Assembly (NCBI GenBank): GCA_030704615.1
Contig: CM060731.1
Span: 64,418,001-64,482,000, forward strand
Length of the DNA: 64,000 nt
Direction of reading: 5' to 3'
Source: Takakia lepidozioides
Lineage: Eukaryota; Plantae; Bryophyta
Of the stretch, positions 1 to 13,500 are shown piece by piece; position 1 is the stretch's first letter; each line of letters opens with the position of its first letter. The translations under genes were made by a program, and so were the position numbers. The notes under the pieces were generated by a model, which saw only the letters and a program-made list of their open reading frames with translations, was not told the DNA's origin and searched no databases.

Positions 1-1849
1 GTTGAACTTTCACAGCTTTTAAGGAGAGAGCTGGATGAAAGCCCGGAAAAGAGGGAGGTTCTTCCAGGGTTGGACAGCTGCTAATGCAGAGAAATCTTAT
101 GCATCTGAGGCTTCCTTGAGTGTCAACTGGAAGGGACGTACTTTTGCCAAGGCTGAGTTCAGACAATTACAACAAGCAAACAAGAACAGGGAAAGATTGG
201 ACAAATCTTCCATGTACCTGTGTTAGCATGATTCAATCTGACCACTATAGAATTGACCAAAACGAAGGTTGATAAGAAGTGTGTTTTACAATTGGAGTAG
301 CTGCACTGGCAAAATCAGGAACTGTGGACTTGGCATCGGGATTCTGACCAGAGAAATACATCAAATGGCGAAAAGTGTCCAGATCACCATAGCAGACCAA
401 TAAACACTGTGAGGTGCATATGTGGCTTACATCACTGGGGAGTTTCCCCTCAAAGATAAGAGAACAATGACTTTTCCAGATTTGCAAATGCGAAGCAGTT
501 TTAGCGGTTTGGGACATCTCAACGTGACAAAACAAAACAAAACATACGTCTCGCTTCATATATTGATAGCTATTAATGTCAGTGGAACACCTTCAACTGT
601 AACACCGAGTCTAAATATCAAGATGTGTCTGTGTTCCCTACTGCCACAGACCTAAGTAAGGAATAATGTTGCATAATATATCAAGACAATTGCGGAGGGA
701 CCATCAAAACGCAAGGCAGAAGGCTCAGCAACCAGCTCCTCTAGGCTGTCAGTAGTGGTCAGCAAAGTAACAATTTTGGAAGATAGAATAAGATGCAACA
801 TGGGACGTTTTGCAAGCGGCTATGTAGCTCTCTTTTGCACTGCGCCTTGTCTGTATGAACTATGCCTCAGAAGACCACTTGGAACCTGGCATCTGGTGAT
901 CACTGGGCATCTGGGCTAACACATTTTTTTTCGTGCCTATCCAAAGCTAGACTGCTGTAGTTAGTGCCTGGCTAGGAACTCGAGAAGACACCCACACAAT
1001 GCTGGTACAATTTGCACATTATACACATTAAACATCAGTAGTTTCTGTAGGCGCAAAGGAAAACTTTCTATTTATGCAAACCTAGCTTGGGAGTGGCACA
1101 CTGCAGGGCTGGAAAGAAGGCCAAAAGAAAGCACAATTTTGTGACAATCTATTGTCAGCTGGACCATTACAGAGCAGCTCTCATCTTGAAGATTACGTTT
1201 GTACAGATGGGATGCTCATAAGCTTTGTTTCCTAGGTGTCCCATTCCTTGCAAACGTAGCGTACATGTTGTCTCATGTATGATAAAAAGCATTGGAATGG
1301 GGGGCTGCTGAAACTCACCTGTTTCGAAATACACTTCCTGCCTACAGCAAGTAATGAGAAGCAAAGAAAATGTGGCCTCGTGTATAGTCGATAGCCATAG
1401 GAATACCAGCTGTGGCTTGTTTGGAAACTAATTTGCAAACGTTTTTGCCATGAAAACATTCATCCTATGATGGCTTTCTCCACATCAGTAAAAGACTGAC
1501 AGTCAGTGAATGTAACCCATCACCAGTGACAGGAAGCCATGGGACAAACCAAACCAAGTTCCTCAAGGCCCTGAAGGAATGCCTACATTCCTACAGCTCC
1601 AGTACAAATCTCATCTTGGAACCATTGCACCATTGCATAGCCTAACATCTCCAAAATTTGATAATCCTTTCCAATTTCAATTGAGTGACAGCCGCAGAAA
1701 TATCAAGTGAAAACAAATATAGCTGTGAATGTTAGGGGCTATAAGAGAACAGGAAGATAAAGACAGACTGCGAGAGCCTTGGGTTTAAGGGGTCAGTCAC
1801 TTGCAGGGCAAGTCCCCCTACCATTTTGCTATGGAAGATAGATTGAGCC

Positions 1850-2758
1850 CTAATTCTCACCTTCTTTAGGCACAGCATCCTCTGGCTCCTCGCTGCCCTC
1901 CTCTGCTTCATCCTCGGCTTCCTCCTCAAGCTCATCAAAATCAGCAGAGGCGCCATATCTTTCATTGAGATACTCTACTGCAGACTTCGTAATGATCAGC
2001 TTGTCAGCCCTCAACACATCGTACAAATTCAGGCTGCGTGGTGTCAAGAGCTTGAACGTATTCACATTCCTGCTTGAAAGTATGAGCGTGTCAGAAATGC
2101 TGGTGGTGAAAAGCAATGAATGGTCTGAACGTTCGATCCCCCATCTCTTGAGCGCGGCAAGGAAATCCTTGGTCTTAGGAGTTGGAAATTTATCCTCGAA
2201 ATCCTCCACCACGATTGTATTCACAGCTGCGCTTTGCAATGCAGTGCTGATTGCTAGTCTCTTCTCTTTTTTGTTTATCTTGATGCTCCAGTCCTTTGGC
2301 TTTGGGCCAAAAACCACTCCACCCCCAGGTCGCAGCGGCGTCCTTATGGATCCCTGTCGTGCCCTACCAGAACCTTTCTGCTTATACGGTTTCCGACCCC
2401 CTCCTCTCACCTCTGCCCTCGTCAGTGTAGATGCAGTTCCCCTCCTCCTATTCTGAAGCTCAGTGATTACACCTCTATGCACTACAGACTTGGCAGTCTC
2501 TGGGCGAGCTGTTTTCAAATCGAACTCTATGTCACCTGCCTTCTCGCCTTGAAACGTCAGCACAGGAAGCGTGGCAGCCATCGCAACAATCTGTCCAGAC
2601 GCCGCAGGTTGAAGTTGGACTCTCTTTGTAAATCTCCTGTTGGCGACAGCATGAGAAAGCTTGAGCCCATCAAAGGACATGCTCTTGAGCCGAGGAAGAT
2701 TGGATACATTTCCTGAGATGGGTACCCCAACCAAGAGAGCTGCGATGGTTGTCGCCAT
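1850..2758 (-). CDS. RPL4: Nuclear-encoded plastid 50S ribosomal protein L4 with transit peptide, intronless
   Basis: L4 signature RRGTASTLTRAEVRGGGRKPYKQKGSGRARQGS...GGGVVFGPKPKDW. Ser/Arg-rich N-terminal extension and acidic tail. Likely start is MATT at 2758; the frame is open to 2803. Confidence 0.95.
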   Translation of the reverse strand: MATTIAALLVGVPISGNVSNLPRLKSMSFDGLKLSHAVANRRFTKRVQLQPAASGQIVAMAATLPVLTFQGEKAGDIEFDLKTARPETAKSVVHRGVITELQNRRRGTASTLTRAEVRGGGRKPYKQKGSGRARQGSIRTPLRPGGGVVFGPKPKDWSIKINKKEKRLAISTALQSAAVNTIVVEDFEDKFPTPKTKDFLAALKRWGIERSDHSLLFTTSISDTLILSSRNVNTFKLLTPRSLNLYDVLRADKLIITKSAVEYLNERYGASADFDELEEEAEDEAEEGSEEPEDAVPKEGEN

Positions 2759-3440
2759 CGCTGCTCTCTGTACACGGGTAACGGGGAGAGAGTATATGTG
2801 CAAGAGAACGCTAAGGATAAGGTCCTTCGCTAGGTCCCTCTACAACAAAGGCTTCGAAGGCTTGGAGATCAAGGGCCCAGCTTCGGAATATGGATGAAAG
2901 GGCGGAAAATGTCGTCTTTCCTAACGATTCTTCAAGGGCAGGAATGGCATGGGTGCAGTAGATAATCATCGAGCTGCTTGGGTTGAGGGGAAAGCAGGAA
3001 ATAAATCTGCTGTGTTGGGGCGAAACGAGACTGGCGTGGTGGGGCTGCGGGTGTAGTGCAAAAGACGATCCTCCAGTTCCTGTGGTGTGGTGTGGGGTAT
3101 GAGTCTTCTTGGTTTTCTGTGTGTTCTATTTAGCTTGTTTTCACATTTCATACATTGGGGTCATGATTCTGGTACTCTCTCTCCCACACATTCCATGTTT
3201 GTGGGTGCCCATTCTTCCTGCCTGATGGCAAACACACATTAAGAATGAATTGCAGGGCAGGCATGATGAGGCGCATCTTCTTTGTAGGCACTGTGGGGTG
3301 AATGAAATTGATAATTAATCTGCAATTGCTTGCTCTGCATTACAAGCCTTAATTTTGTGCACAGATAAAGGAAAGGAACTTGTGTCATGGTTGTCTCAAA
3401 ATTGGAACTGGCCAATAGCTCCTTGGTGTGCTAAAGAGCA

Positions 3441-5438
3441 CTAAGAATACTTCTCAATAGCCACCTGACCTGGCTGTAACTGTTGGCTTGATGCCTTGCT
3501 TCTCACTTTCTTTTGACTGGTTTGACAGCGTAGATGTGCCGGCAGAAGTGCCTGCTGAGAGGAAAGCTCAGCTATAAAAAGGACTGTATGCGCCCACCCA
3601 GCATAACTTCCAAACCTCTTCACAAAGGCTTCCGAAACATCACGGTGCAGCTTTGGTGTGAGTGTCCGTCCTCTCAGTTCAGGCATTAGATAACGCAGTG
3701 CAATCTGCAATGCACCAATACACAAAACACTTTGTAAAATTAGGCCTGCACACCAAACTCACTCTTGAGCACAAGATCCACAAAAAAAGGAATGAACTGG
3801 TGTGAAGACATACCTGCCAAACATGTGTGTCCACGGGGATGGCGTGATGCTGATCCAGAGAAAAAAGGGCAACACAGGCCGCAACCTTGGGGCCAATCCC
3901 TGGCAGAGAACACAGCGCTGTCACTGTGTCATCCAAAGGCTGCTGCCTCAGTGAGCACAGCCAGCTCTCCCCTCCCCCCTCCTTCTGCTGCAGCACCTCC
4001 ACTGCCCCTACAATGTATTTTGCCCTGTATCCAATGCATCAACTGCCATGTCCACCAGTCAAACATCACAATACCACATGTGCTACTGTCGATAATCAAC
4101 AGACTGGAGAACAAGGACTAAAGAGAGGCCTCCGGACTTCTTTCAGTCCTAAAGTTTAGTAAGAAGCACCCTCCTACCAGTGATTTGCGCTATGTGGTAA
4201 TTCAGAGGAGTTGCTGTAGAAGGCAAAACACCTCTTTCTGGTGCACTGCAATGAATACTCTGTCAACAACTGTGTCAGAGAGGGACAAAGTCCAGGCTTC
4301 TAGAGACAACATTAACAAAACAACGAAAGCCTTTTGCAAGATAGTCAGTAATACTGAATTGCACAGAGAGCTGAAGTGACCACTTTCCATACGGAATTGG
4401 GTCCCCTTTTTCCCCTCGTATTATCCTTCCTCCTCCTTGTGTCAGTTCCATTCAGCCTGTTGGCATGGTCTAGAGGGGAACAAAAGAATCCAATGAAAAC
4501 GCTCCCTTCATTCCCCCTACCCGTACAGTGTCGATCATGAAGCGATGATTGTGTGTGGTAATGCCGCTTTTTCCAAAGGAAGAAATATAGAATTGTAGTG
4601 GAGACCTGTATCCGAAGCCAGCTTTGCGCAGCTGTGATTCCGAGATAGAGGCGAGTTGATCCAAGCAAGGAAAAGCGTGGAAGCGCACACCATTGACAGA
4701 CCCCAAGTAAGGCCCATGGCTAGCCAAATGGTCGACCATAAGCGCAATACGCTGCAGATGGTTGTTGGACGAGCAAATAAACTGAAATACACACTCCACT
4801 GGCGCCTGCCGAAGCAGCCTCGCCCCTGCTACGTAGGGCGCCACTGCTGCAAAGCGTGCATCCGCAGCAGCAAACTGTGCCCACAGCTCTACTAGGCTTA
4901 CGTTCAGATTGAAGTAACTGCGTAGCTCTCCTTCCACCTCACTAACACTGGCCTCGGAAGAATGAAGCAAAAACAATACATCGTCAGCAGTTTGACGCAG
5001 TGAAATGAGGTGCGCACCCACAACTCCAGTAAATTGAGATGGCCCTGTTTTTTTCCACCGAAAACTCTGACCGGTTGGGAGTGTCAGTGCCAGGCACATC
5101 TCCGCATTCTCCACGCCCAGACTGCGCCAGGATCCATCTTCCCTTCCGCCAGTTACACCAGCTGCAAACTCCCCCAATAAGGCCCTTCGAATCTGTTGCC
5201 TGCCATCAGTGCACGACACCTTCCTTTCCGATGCACAACCCAACTTGAAGACTGGTGTTGCACCATCACAAAGTTCATCTCCATTCTCCACCACCCTCTT
5301 CCTTCGACTTCGCCTGGGGACGACAGTACAAACTCTACACGCTTCACCTGCATCCATCACATGGGCTGTGCCCGTCCGCACCACAGAAGAGCAGGAAGGG
5401 CTAATAAGGCAAGCCCCAACTCTCATATCGCTACGCAT
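3441..5438 (-). CDS. OGG1: 8-oxoguanine DNA glycosylase/AP lyase, at least 3 exons (~5438-4606, 4024-3814, 3704-3441)
   Basis: Motifs TLPTGQSFRW, RLLRQAPVECVFQFICSSNNH, HhH-GPD LPGIGPKVAACVALFSLDQHHAIPVDTHV and FGSYAGWAHTVLF. GT-AG junctions join GFGYR|AKYI and VWQ|IALRY in frame. Start codon uncertain. Confidence 0.93.
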
Positions 5439-6541
5439 TTCCACACTCCTAAAGTTCCCTGCCTGCAGTCCAAGGAGAACCCATCACCCAACCCCTTCCA
5501 GTCAGGAGAATAATCCAGGGCAGTTCTCATCGCAAATCCTACTTTTCCTCCCACAGCGACTTCAACAGGCAAGCCTTTGCAATTGCTTCAATCCTCAGAG
5601 CTCGCATCTCTAATCTCCTCTCTCTTTCAAACCCTCATCTGGGTGTGAAGCACAATACATCAAGGAGGGATTGATCCGTGTACGCACATCCACATCCACG
5701 GATATTCATCCCGAGAGGCAGGGCGGGTCCAGGCCGGAAAGCCGCGGGGGTCGGGCCGCCCCTTCCACAGTCCGCGGGATTCTCGCAACCACCTGAGCAC
5801 GGCTTTGTGGCAGGGGGATTCCCTGGAGCGAGCGCATCTGCTCGCTTTCGCAATCTCATGTGCAAGAGAGAAGGAGCAAGAGCTTCGTGGGGTGACTACA
5901 TGAGCTTTTGATCCATCTTCCTGGACTTAGGTATGGCACGCATTGATTTCCATGCGGGGAATTAGGTATTGACTTTGAGGAGTGGTGTCGTTTGATGTCT
6001 GGCAGAGCCGAGCTGTGTAGGGTGTCCGAGATTTGCAATGTTTCTGCTTCAGGGGCATTGGGTAAGCTTCGCCGTGCCTGTGTAGCTTATCAAGCCGTTC
6101 GGTCCCCGCTTCTGCTTGTTGTTGTGTCTCTGTGCAAGCTGCTGCTAAATATTTCATGCACGGATTGACTGTTGTGTTGTTCTCAGAGGGCATTCTGCCA
6201 TCAAGTTCTCTTGCTCGCTGCCGGAAGCGTTTCAATGCTTGGATGACTGGTGTGCTTTTATGAGTGGGCTTTCTGCCATCACCTTGTCTGCCTCACGTCT
6301 CCCACCTTGTATAGCGTTTAATTTTTCTGCCATATCTGGTGTTGTGGGTATGGCCTGATCGTGGCCGTGTGCCTGTGGAAGCAGCGGTGATAGTTGCGTC
6401 ATCTGCATTTGTTGACTGCTCCCCTGCCTCGTCAATCTACTTCAAAGGGAGGAAGGCAGATCGTTTTTTAAGATTGGCATACCATTGGAGAGCGGGGGTT
6501 GCACACGGTGAATCCTTATCTGGTCACTCAACGCTTCAACC

Positions 6542-6865
6542 ATGACAGGGAAGGCAAAACCCAAGAAACACACGGCTAAGGAGATAGCTGCCAAAATTGA
6601 TGCAGCCACCACCAACCGCGGGGGAGGCAAGGCGGGAGTGGAGGACCGCAAGGCTCTTGATAAGGGTGGACATGCCAAGCTGGCTTGTCCAGTGTGCAGG
6701 GCTACTGCCCCCGACAGCAAGAGCATGCTCATACACCATGAGGCTCGCCACCCCAAGCTGCCTTACGAGGAGGATAAGCTAATCAACCTCCATGTCCATG
6801 CTGTCTCAACCTCTGAGGACCCCAAGCCCAAGCCTGGTGTGCGAGGCAGCTTGAAGAAACCTTGA
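6542..6865 (+). CDS. MBS1: Methylene Blue Sensitivity 1-like small C2H2 zinc-finger protein (singlet-oxygen response)
   Basis: MTGKAKPKKHTAKEI...TNRGGGKAG...GHAK.CPVC...SMLIHHEARHPK...KPKPGVRGSLKK matches the plant MBS family from end to end. Confidence 0.88.
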   Translation: MTGKAKPKKHTAKEIAAKIDAATTNRGGGKAGVEDRKALDKGGHAKLACPVCRATAPDSKSMLIHHEARHPKLPYEEDKLINLHVHAVSTSEDPKPKPGVRGSLKKP

Positions 6866-8087
6866 GGGCTTATCTGCATGTATAGTGGCAGGGTTTTGGT
6901 GAGATCAAGGAAGCTGCACACAACCTGATTCCACCGATTGCCGCACAATGAAGGGTACTTGTTCAGTTTTTTTAGTATGGCTGATACTGCTGGCCTCATT
7001 GTTATCAGGGTGGATGGATGCAGTTCTCTTGGGATTTTTGTAATTGAAAGACTTCAGGGTTGAGGTAGGTGTAATGCTTATCTTGTGGGAAACTAGCACA
7101 TGCTTTGTTGATGGGTAATTGTGGATTTATGAGATATGACTTGCTTGCTGTTTGTGCTATGCCCAGCAATGATTGGTCCCATACTCGGCATCTGCAGTGT
7201 TTTGGCAACCTTGTGTAGTGATACTGTGTAAGATAGAAGCTATAATAGTTTCAGTTCTAGTAAGTGCTCCACAAACCCCAAAGGGGAAGGTGTTGCAGCC
7301 TGTCTATGTGAAGTTTCCATGGAAGAGAAGGCTGTCTTCAGGGAAAGTGAGGCAAACATGTTTGGCTCATAAAATTGAGGGTACTGGACATTCTGTACAC
7401 CTCCACACTTGCGTAAGAGTTGCCAGGTCAAAAAATCTGCTTATCTGCTACTTGCTCACCACAATGTTGTCAAGCAGTGAAGTCCCATAAGAGGTGCCTT
7501 AAGGTACTAGTTTGAAAAGCTGTGGGGTTGCCATCTAGGGTTTGAGAGTCCCAATCTTGCAAGCTCTTAGACGGCATTCCTGCAGATTTTCTCTGGAATG
7601 CAGATAGAGAACAAAGTACAAAGTTGTTGGCAACCCTTTCATCTTCTTTTCAAACATGTGTGTAGCGTTTTTCCAAACACAATTACTTCAGTTTTGAAAT
7701 ACTTACTGCTAAAATGATTTGACAAAAAATTGCTGCAAACCGTTGGCATATTTGGAGATGAACAATGCATCAGCCATGTAGAGCAATGCTGTGACAGTCT
7801 GAAAGTTTGAACTACTAAGATGGGGTTCTTGGCAGATTGTTGCAAGCATGCTGTTGTTAAAATTCCATACAAAATGTGCGGTTGTCTGTTTCAAGCCATT
7901 GCATGGCACACTACTGGCTGGACTTGCTCATTGCATATGTGGACTATGATGACTTGTTATTGCTATCCAGCACAACATACTATGCACAATAAAGTACTCC
8001 TATGCAGTGCAGATAGACCAGGGGAAAGAGTGGTCAAGCGGGAAACAGGACCGAACCAGAAAGGATAAAAGAGGCAGGACCCACAAT

Positions 8088-8471
8088 TTAAAGTTATCCT
8101 TAAAGTCATGCCCAGTTTGGTCCCCAGTTGGGACCTCTAACTCTTGTTTCATCCCTAGTTTGAGTGCAAACTGCAAACGGAAAAAGTCAGCAAAATTGGG
8201 CACGAGTTTGTCAAACTGGGCATGAGCCTTACTCCTCATCTCGGCGTCACAGGCCATGAAGGTGAAGCTCGGCAAAACCCAAACTGGGTATGAAACTAGT
8301 TTGAGCCCGAGTTTTGGTGAGAAAATTAAACTAGTTTCATCCCGTATGAGTTTAAACTAGTTCCATCCTGTATGAGTTTGGTCTTTTGTCCCTAGTGTAT
8401 TAACTCGTCCCCACTTTTGGCCACACTAGGGTACTCGTCCCCAGTTTTTGGCACTTTACGGATAACTTTAA
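8088..8471. mobile_element. Putative MITE / non-autonomous DNA transposon
   Basis: 19-bp inverted repeat with 1 mismatch (TTAAAGTTATCCTTAAAGT at 8088-8106; ACTTTACGGATAACTTTAA at 8453-8471). Non-coding interior with short repeats (aaactagtt, ctcgtcccca). Confidence 0.4.
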
Positions 8472-8849
8472 TACAACCAGGTAGTCTGTGTCGTTGGCCC
8501 AAGTGTCGAGTGTCATCTAAGTCCAAGTGCAACCCCCACCGTATCAAAGGGCGTCTCGTGTCGAGACCCAAATGCAACCTCTAGTGTAGCCTTTGCCATT
8601 GGCCCAAGTATCCAATGTCATCTAAGTTTTTTCCACAAAGCCTACGACCAGATTTGAACCGGAGACCTTTCTCTTGGTATTTCTTCCCTCGAGACTCCAC
8701 CATTGTCCATGAATGCCCACTTTGCTATTTTTTGTGAATTTCCAGCGACCCAAAGTACACGAAATTCCACATCTCCTACACCACAGGTCCAAATACAAGA
8801 ACAGAGGTGTATGGGGTTCCAAGGCTTTTGTTTTCCACTTCACGATGGG

Positions 8850-9330
8850 CACATGTGTGAAAGAAGTTGTTGAACTGATGATGCAAACAACCAAAGATCT
8901 CAACTGCCAAAGGAAGGAAGGTGTGACGTGTCCGATAGTCGCGTTGCTTTGCATGCGTAGCTACTGAAGCAGACGCAAGTCCTTGTGATGAAATTGTGCG
9001 GGGAAGGAGATCCGACCTAGTATGATCAACGATGACAACATCTGTCAATGTACGCAATCTGTCGTGTGAGAGAATAATGTCAACCCGCCGTTGAGTGGAA
9101 TGGTGATCGTGGGTCGATGGGACTACGTGCACTTGTTCTCGAAGAACATGGACCCCAACATCGCGAGCAATTGCAGCTGCTGCATCCCGGACGACGTCAT
9201 GGGTCATAGTGCGTTCTCCACCGCATGGGCAACGAAGAAGATGATACGTTGAGTGAATCGATAGGCTGACGACAGTCCCACCGTTGTAGTTATAACACAG
9301 ATGGATACGGAAGATCCAGTCGAACTTGTA
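8850..9330 (-). mobile_element. Remnant C-terminus of a non-LTR retrotransposon with restriction-like endonuclease (CRE/R2-like)
   Basis: HLLRCPCGGERTMTHDVVRD (zinc knuckle/RHD-like), RRVDII...DVVIVD (PD-D-like), AKQRDY and a frameshifted FLPLAVEIFG. Confidence 0.6.
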
Positions 9331-9559
9331 GGGAGGTGGTAAATACAGCAGAAGATATACGAAAGGGTACAATGGTTGGTCATACCGTGAACCACGCATC
9401 TGCTCTGAGCCCAGCGCACGAGAGAAGTCTGGCCCGATGTGTATCTGAAGGAGCGTCAAAAAACATGCTGGAAAAAAAGTGTCGGTGCAAACAAAGGGGT
9501 GGAGGAATCATAAAACAATCTAGTCTGGATGAAGGTCAAGGGAAGCCCAAATCCCATGC

Positions 9560-10570
9560 ATCATCGCTTCACAATCATTTGTCATGGATTTCATAATTGA
9601 TCTCCGCAGCGGAAAATTTGCGAGAATGAAAACCAACAGGGTAAAGTCGACCATTCGTATCGTATTGAGAGAGTATAGCACCAAGTGCAAAGTCCAATGC
9701 ATCTGCTTCTGAAAAGAATGGTTTAGATGGGTCTGCATATACCAGTATTGGAGCCGTTGTAAATGTCTGCTTCAGCCTTTCAAATGTCTGGGCAGCCTTC
9801 TTATCCCATACAAATTTGTCCTTCCCTGTGAGTCGTGTCAATGGTGTAGCAACTTTGGAGTAGTCATTGATGAAGATTCTATAGAAATTTACAAATCCCA
9901 AAAAACATTGTACATCTCGGACCAAAGTTGGTTTAATCCACTTGATGATGGTTTGTATTTTCTTCTGATCTATAAAGACGCATTTGTCGGAAATAATATA
10001 GCCCAAAAATTAGACCTCAGATTGATGGAAAAGACATTTTTCCAACTTGGCATATAGTCCTCTTTCTCTTGATTTATCAAGGACAAGGCGTACATGGCGA
10101 CCATGTTCTTTTTCATTCTGTGAAAAAATCAAAATGTCGTCCAAATAGATGACTACAAAGTCATCTAAAAATTCTCGAAAGATGTCATTCATCATATGTT
10201 GAAAAATTGCTGGAACATTTGTAAGACTGAAAAGGCATAACATTGTATTCAAAATGTCCATACTTGTCCGAAAACCTGTTTTCCATTTGTCTCCTTCTTT
10301 TATCCGTATAAGGTTATAAGCTCCTCTCAAGTCAATTTTGGTGAAAATCTTCGCTCGTCCCAGCTGGTCCAGAAGCCCAAAAATCAGCGATAACGGATAA
10401 CGATTCTTAATTGTGACTTTGTTAAGACCGCGATAGTCTACACACATGCGTAATGATCCGCCCTTCTTTTTCACAAACAAGATAGGCGCCCCCGCATGTG
10501 ATTTTGAATGTCGGATGAAGTTCTTCGACAAATTTTCATTAATGTATTCACAAAATGGGATGTACAACAT
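9560..10570 (-). mobile_element. Degenerate Ty3/Gypsy (Tf2/Tcn1-like) RT-RNaseH fragment
   Basis: [56 protein letters not shown] and EINYEIHDK, with an internal stop and frameshifts. Confidence 0.9.
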
Positions 10571-13500
10571 GCTTTTCGCTTCCCCTTCAAATGAAATGTT
10601 CCCAAAACATCAATGATCGTCATCCAAAGCCATGCATGTGCAAAAGGAGCAACTGACGGGGTATGTAGATGACTGTCACGGCCCTTTGGCTTGAAGGCGG
10701 GGGGGTCGGGACACAAGAAGGGTTGCCCCTATGGTGGGGGTAGTGGCAATGGTAGGTATGGGGGCTGAAGTACCCTTTTGGGCACTCAATGACTCACTAG
10801 GTGGAAGCCCCCGCACACCGGGTTGCGGTGGGGGTGGCTTCACGAGAGGTGGGGGAGTAGCTTAGGGAGTCGTAGTGGGGGTGACATAAGACTCACCGTG
10901 GGGCTGAGGCCTCGTGGTGGGAGTCGTGGGGAGTCTTGAGACTCATTACGGTCCATTGGTGGGTGGATCAAAACTCACCGCGACTCATCACAGGGAATCG
11001 AGGGTTTTCGTGGTCACCATAAAATGACTTGGTTGTTTGTGAAACCCTTGCGGACAGTCACAAAAATATATATATAGAGTAGTAACACCGTTCAAAAATA
11101 TATATATGGAGTAGTAACCCCGAGAACGGTGCAAACCCGTTGAGTGACCAAAAGCTAGTGAGAAAGCAAGTGACCAAGGGGTGGGGAGCTATTCCGAACT
11201 GCCATCAACTTAAAGGAATTTCCACTCGGCCTCCGAGTTCGAGGGTCCCGTGTTGGGAGAAGGGGACCGTTATACCCGGTGAGCAGCTGAAGCTTCGACT
11301 TGGTCAGGGGACGCGGTTATCAAAGCGAGTAACTATGACTTGAAAGGGAATTTACCAAAGTGAGCGCGACAATGACTATGTGGAGGACCGATAGAAAGTA
11401 GAACACTTTTGCCGATGACGCTCAAGACCCCTTGTACGAGCAAAGGTCCGACCACAACCTGGACAAGATGGTGGTGCTGCTGGCGAGAGATAAAGATGGA
11501 GAAAAAAACGGGCGATCTGATAAGGTGAACCTGTCCACTGTATGGAATGAGGTGGTGAGGTAGGTGGAGAGGTAAGCTCTGCGGGAGGTCGCCGTGTACC
11601 TGCAATGCGAATTGGGGATGGGCCACCGCCTTCTCGATTTGGAGTTGTTGTGCCTCGCTTGGGGTTGCATGGCATCATTCCTGGAGAGCTGTGACCTCGT
11701 TCTCCGGGGATGAGGGCTGCTGCGAATGGAGTGGGAGGCTGCACTATTGTTGGCCCCATTTGCAGTGCTCGTAGGAGTGACAGGCCCACCACCAAGATTG
11801 CCCGTTGCTGTACCATGGCGTAAGGGGGCTGACCACCCTGGCTAGCTGAGAAGGGCCCACCAACATTGAAGGCTGAGGGGTGAGGAGTGGGCGGGCCCGG
11901 CACCAGCCTGCACTGCTACTGCGTCCTGTTTAGACCCGGCGTTGGGGTGGCTGACGGGTAGAAAGATTGGTACTTACAAGCGAGGACATGCCAACTGTGA
12001 GGATTTCCACCAGTTAAACTTGATTCCAAATAGCGGTCCTTAGCCCACAAATACACAGTGTGGTTGTGGTTGTAAACCAAAATATCCATTCAAGATTCGA
12101 AAACATTGACAGTACACCAAGTTGGGACCTCTCATCCCGAAATTCAATAGCCCCCCACTCCATGTCCAAAAATTATGAAACCGCCTCATGCATCCCACTC
12201 ATCGAGAGCTTTCCAGCGATATCAATCAAGACCACGAGCGAAAGCTCCAAGGAGATTACAAGTTGAGCACCTGGATTGAACTGTCTTCATAGACAGGGCA
12301 CTATTGCGATGGTGGCGGAGGGAGGGCCCAGATGTGCAGCTCTTGGCGTAGGGGGTGCGGAAAGAGTTTCATTTAGGCAGGGTCATGCTCCTTCGGCTCT
12401 CTTTGTGGGTGAGAGTTGTGCCAGTTTCACTAGTCTTTGCTTTGGAACGAACTAGTTTTTTCAGGAAGATTGACCTTGCTTCCCCTGCCATGCCCAGGCT
12501 AACTCATATGGAGGCAATAGTGATACTCCATGGAACATTATGCATCACCTTTGATCGGAGAGCCTGCTGCTTATCACGATTTTCTCTAATGGGCTGTGTG
12601 TGCCTAGGGTTGCGCATAAGCAGCGGAAAATGCCACAAGAAGTGGCCCCAGCAACTATGTCGAGTAAGGGTGCCGTCAATCGGAAGGATGAAGGCCCTGT
12701 CAGCAGTGGGAGAGAATGGGGCTCCCAAGGAGGGGTCAGAGTATGATTATGGATTGTTGGCCGTGTGAGCAGGCAGTGAGCTTCCATTTGCTACATCTCG
12801 TCAGACTCTGCAGGAGGTGTTGGTGGCACGTAAGCATTGTTGCTCATTTGCTCTTCCGAATGTGTCATATCGGTTGAAGGTCTGGGAAAATCCTATTGGG
12901 GAAAGTCAAACCATGGGGCACAAAGCTCACTGCTAGAGACTGAGATTACTTATCAGAAAAGTGGAAGCAAAGAGGATGGAGTTTCAGTTGCCAAGGTGGG
13001 GGTCACAGTCACCTCATCAGCATGTCCTCCGGAATCTCATGCCAGTTCCGCCGAAGTGCATCCTAGTACGCCCCCTGGAAACCCCCCCCCTGGCTCTCCT
13101 GCCTATCCTCAGCAAGAATGTTAAGATGTCTGGCAATGTGTTACCGATGCCAGTGGCTCTGCGACACATTGAGGGATTTCACATAATGATTCTGGTCTTC
13201 CTTTGAAATCAAAACCATTGCAGGTTCACCTGTTCCCTGTCCCAAGAAAGAGCAGGAGGAATCCTTGTCAGACAATGATGTAAAACTTGATCCTTCTTGG
13301 GCAAGAATGTGCGAAAACTTTACTACTGAAAACAGTCTGCAAACGTAGCTGTTCCTGTCTGTGTCATAGGTTGTTAAACAGGCCCTGAAAATGCGTTGCC
13401 AAGGGTTTTTCCTGGTGTCTTACAAGGTACTTGGGAGGTTCAGCCTGGTCTTAGTAGGCTGTCTTTAAAATATGGCTGCTCAGCTGCATTGTGGTGGTTT

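Noticed and set aside
35-226. 63-aa ORF at the window start
   Set aside because: Possibly the last exon of an upstream gene, but there is no recognisable motif to support a call.
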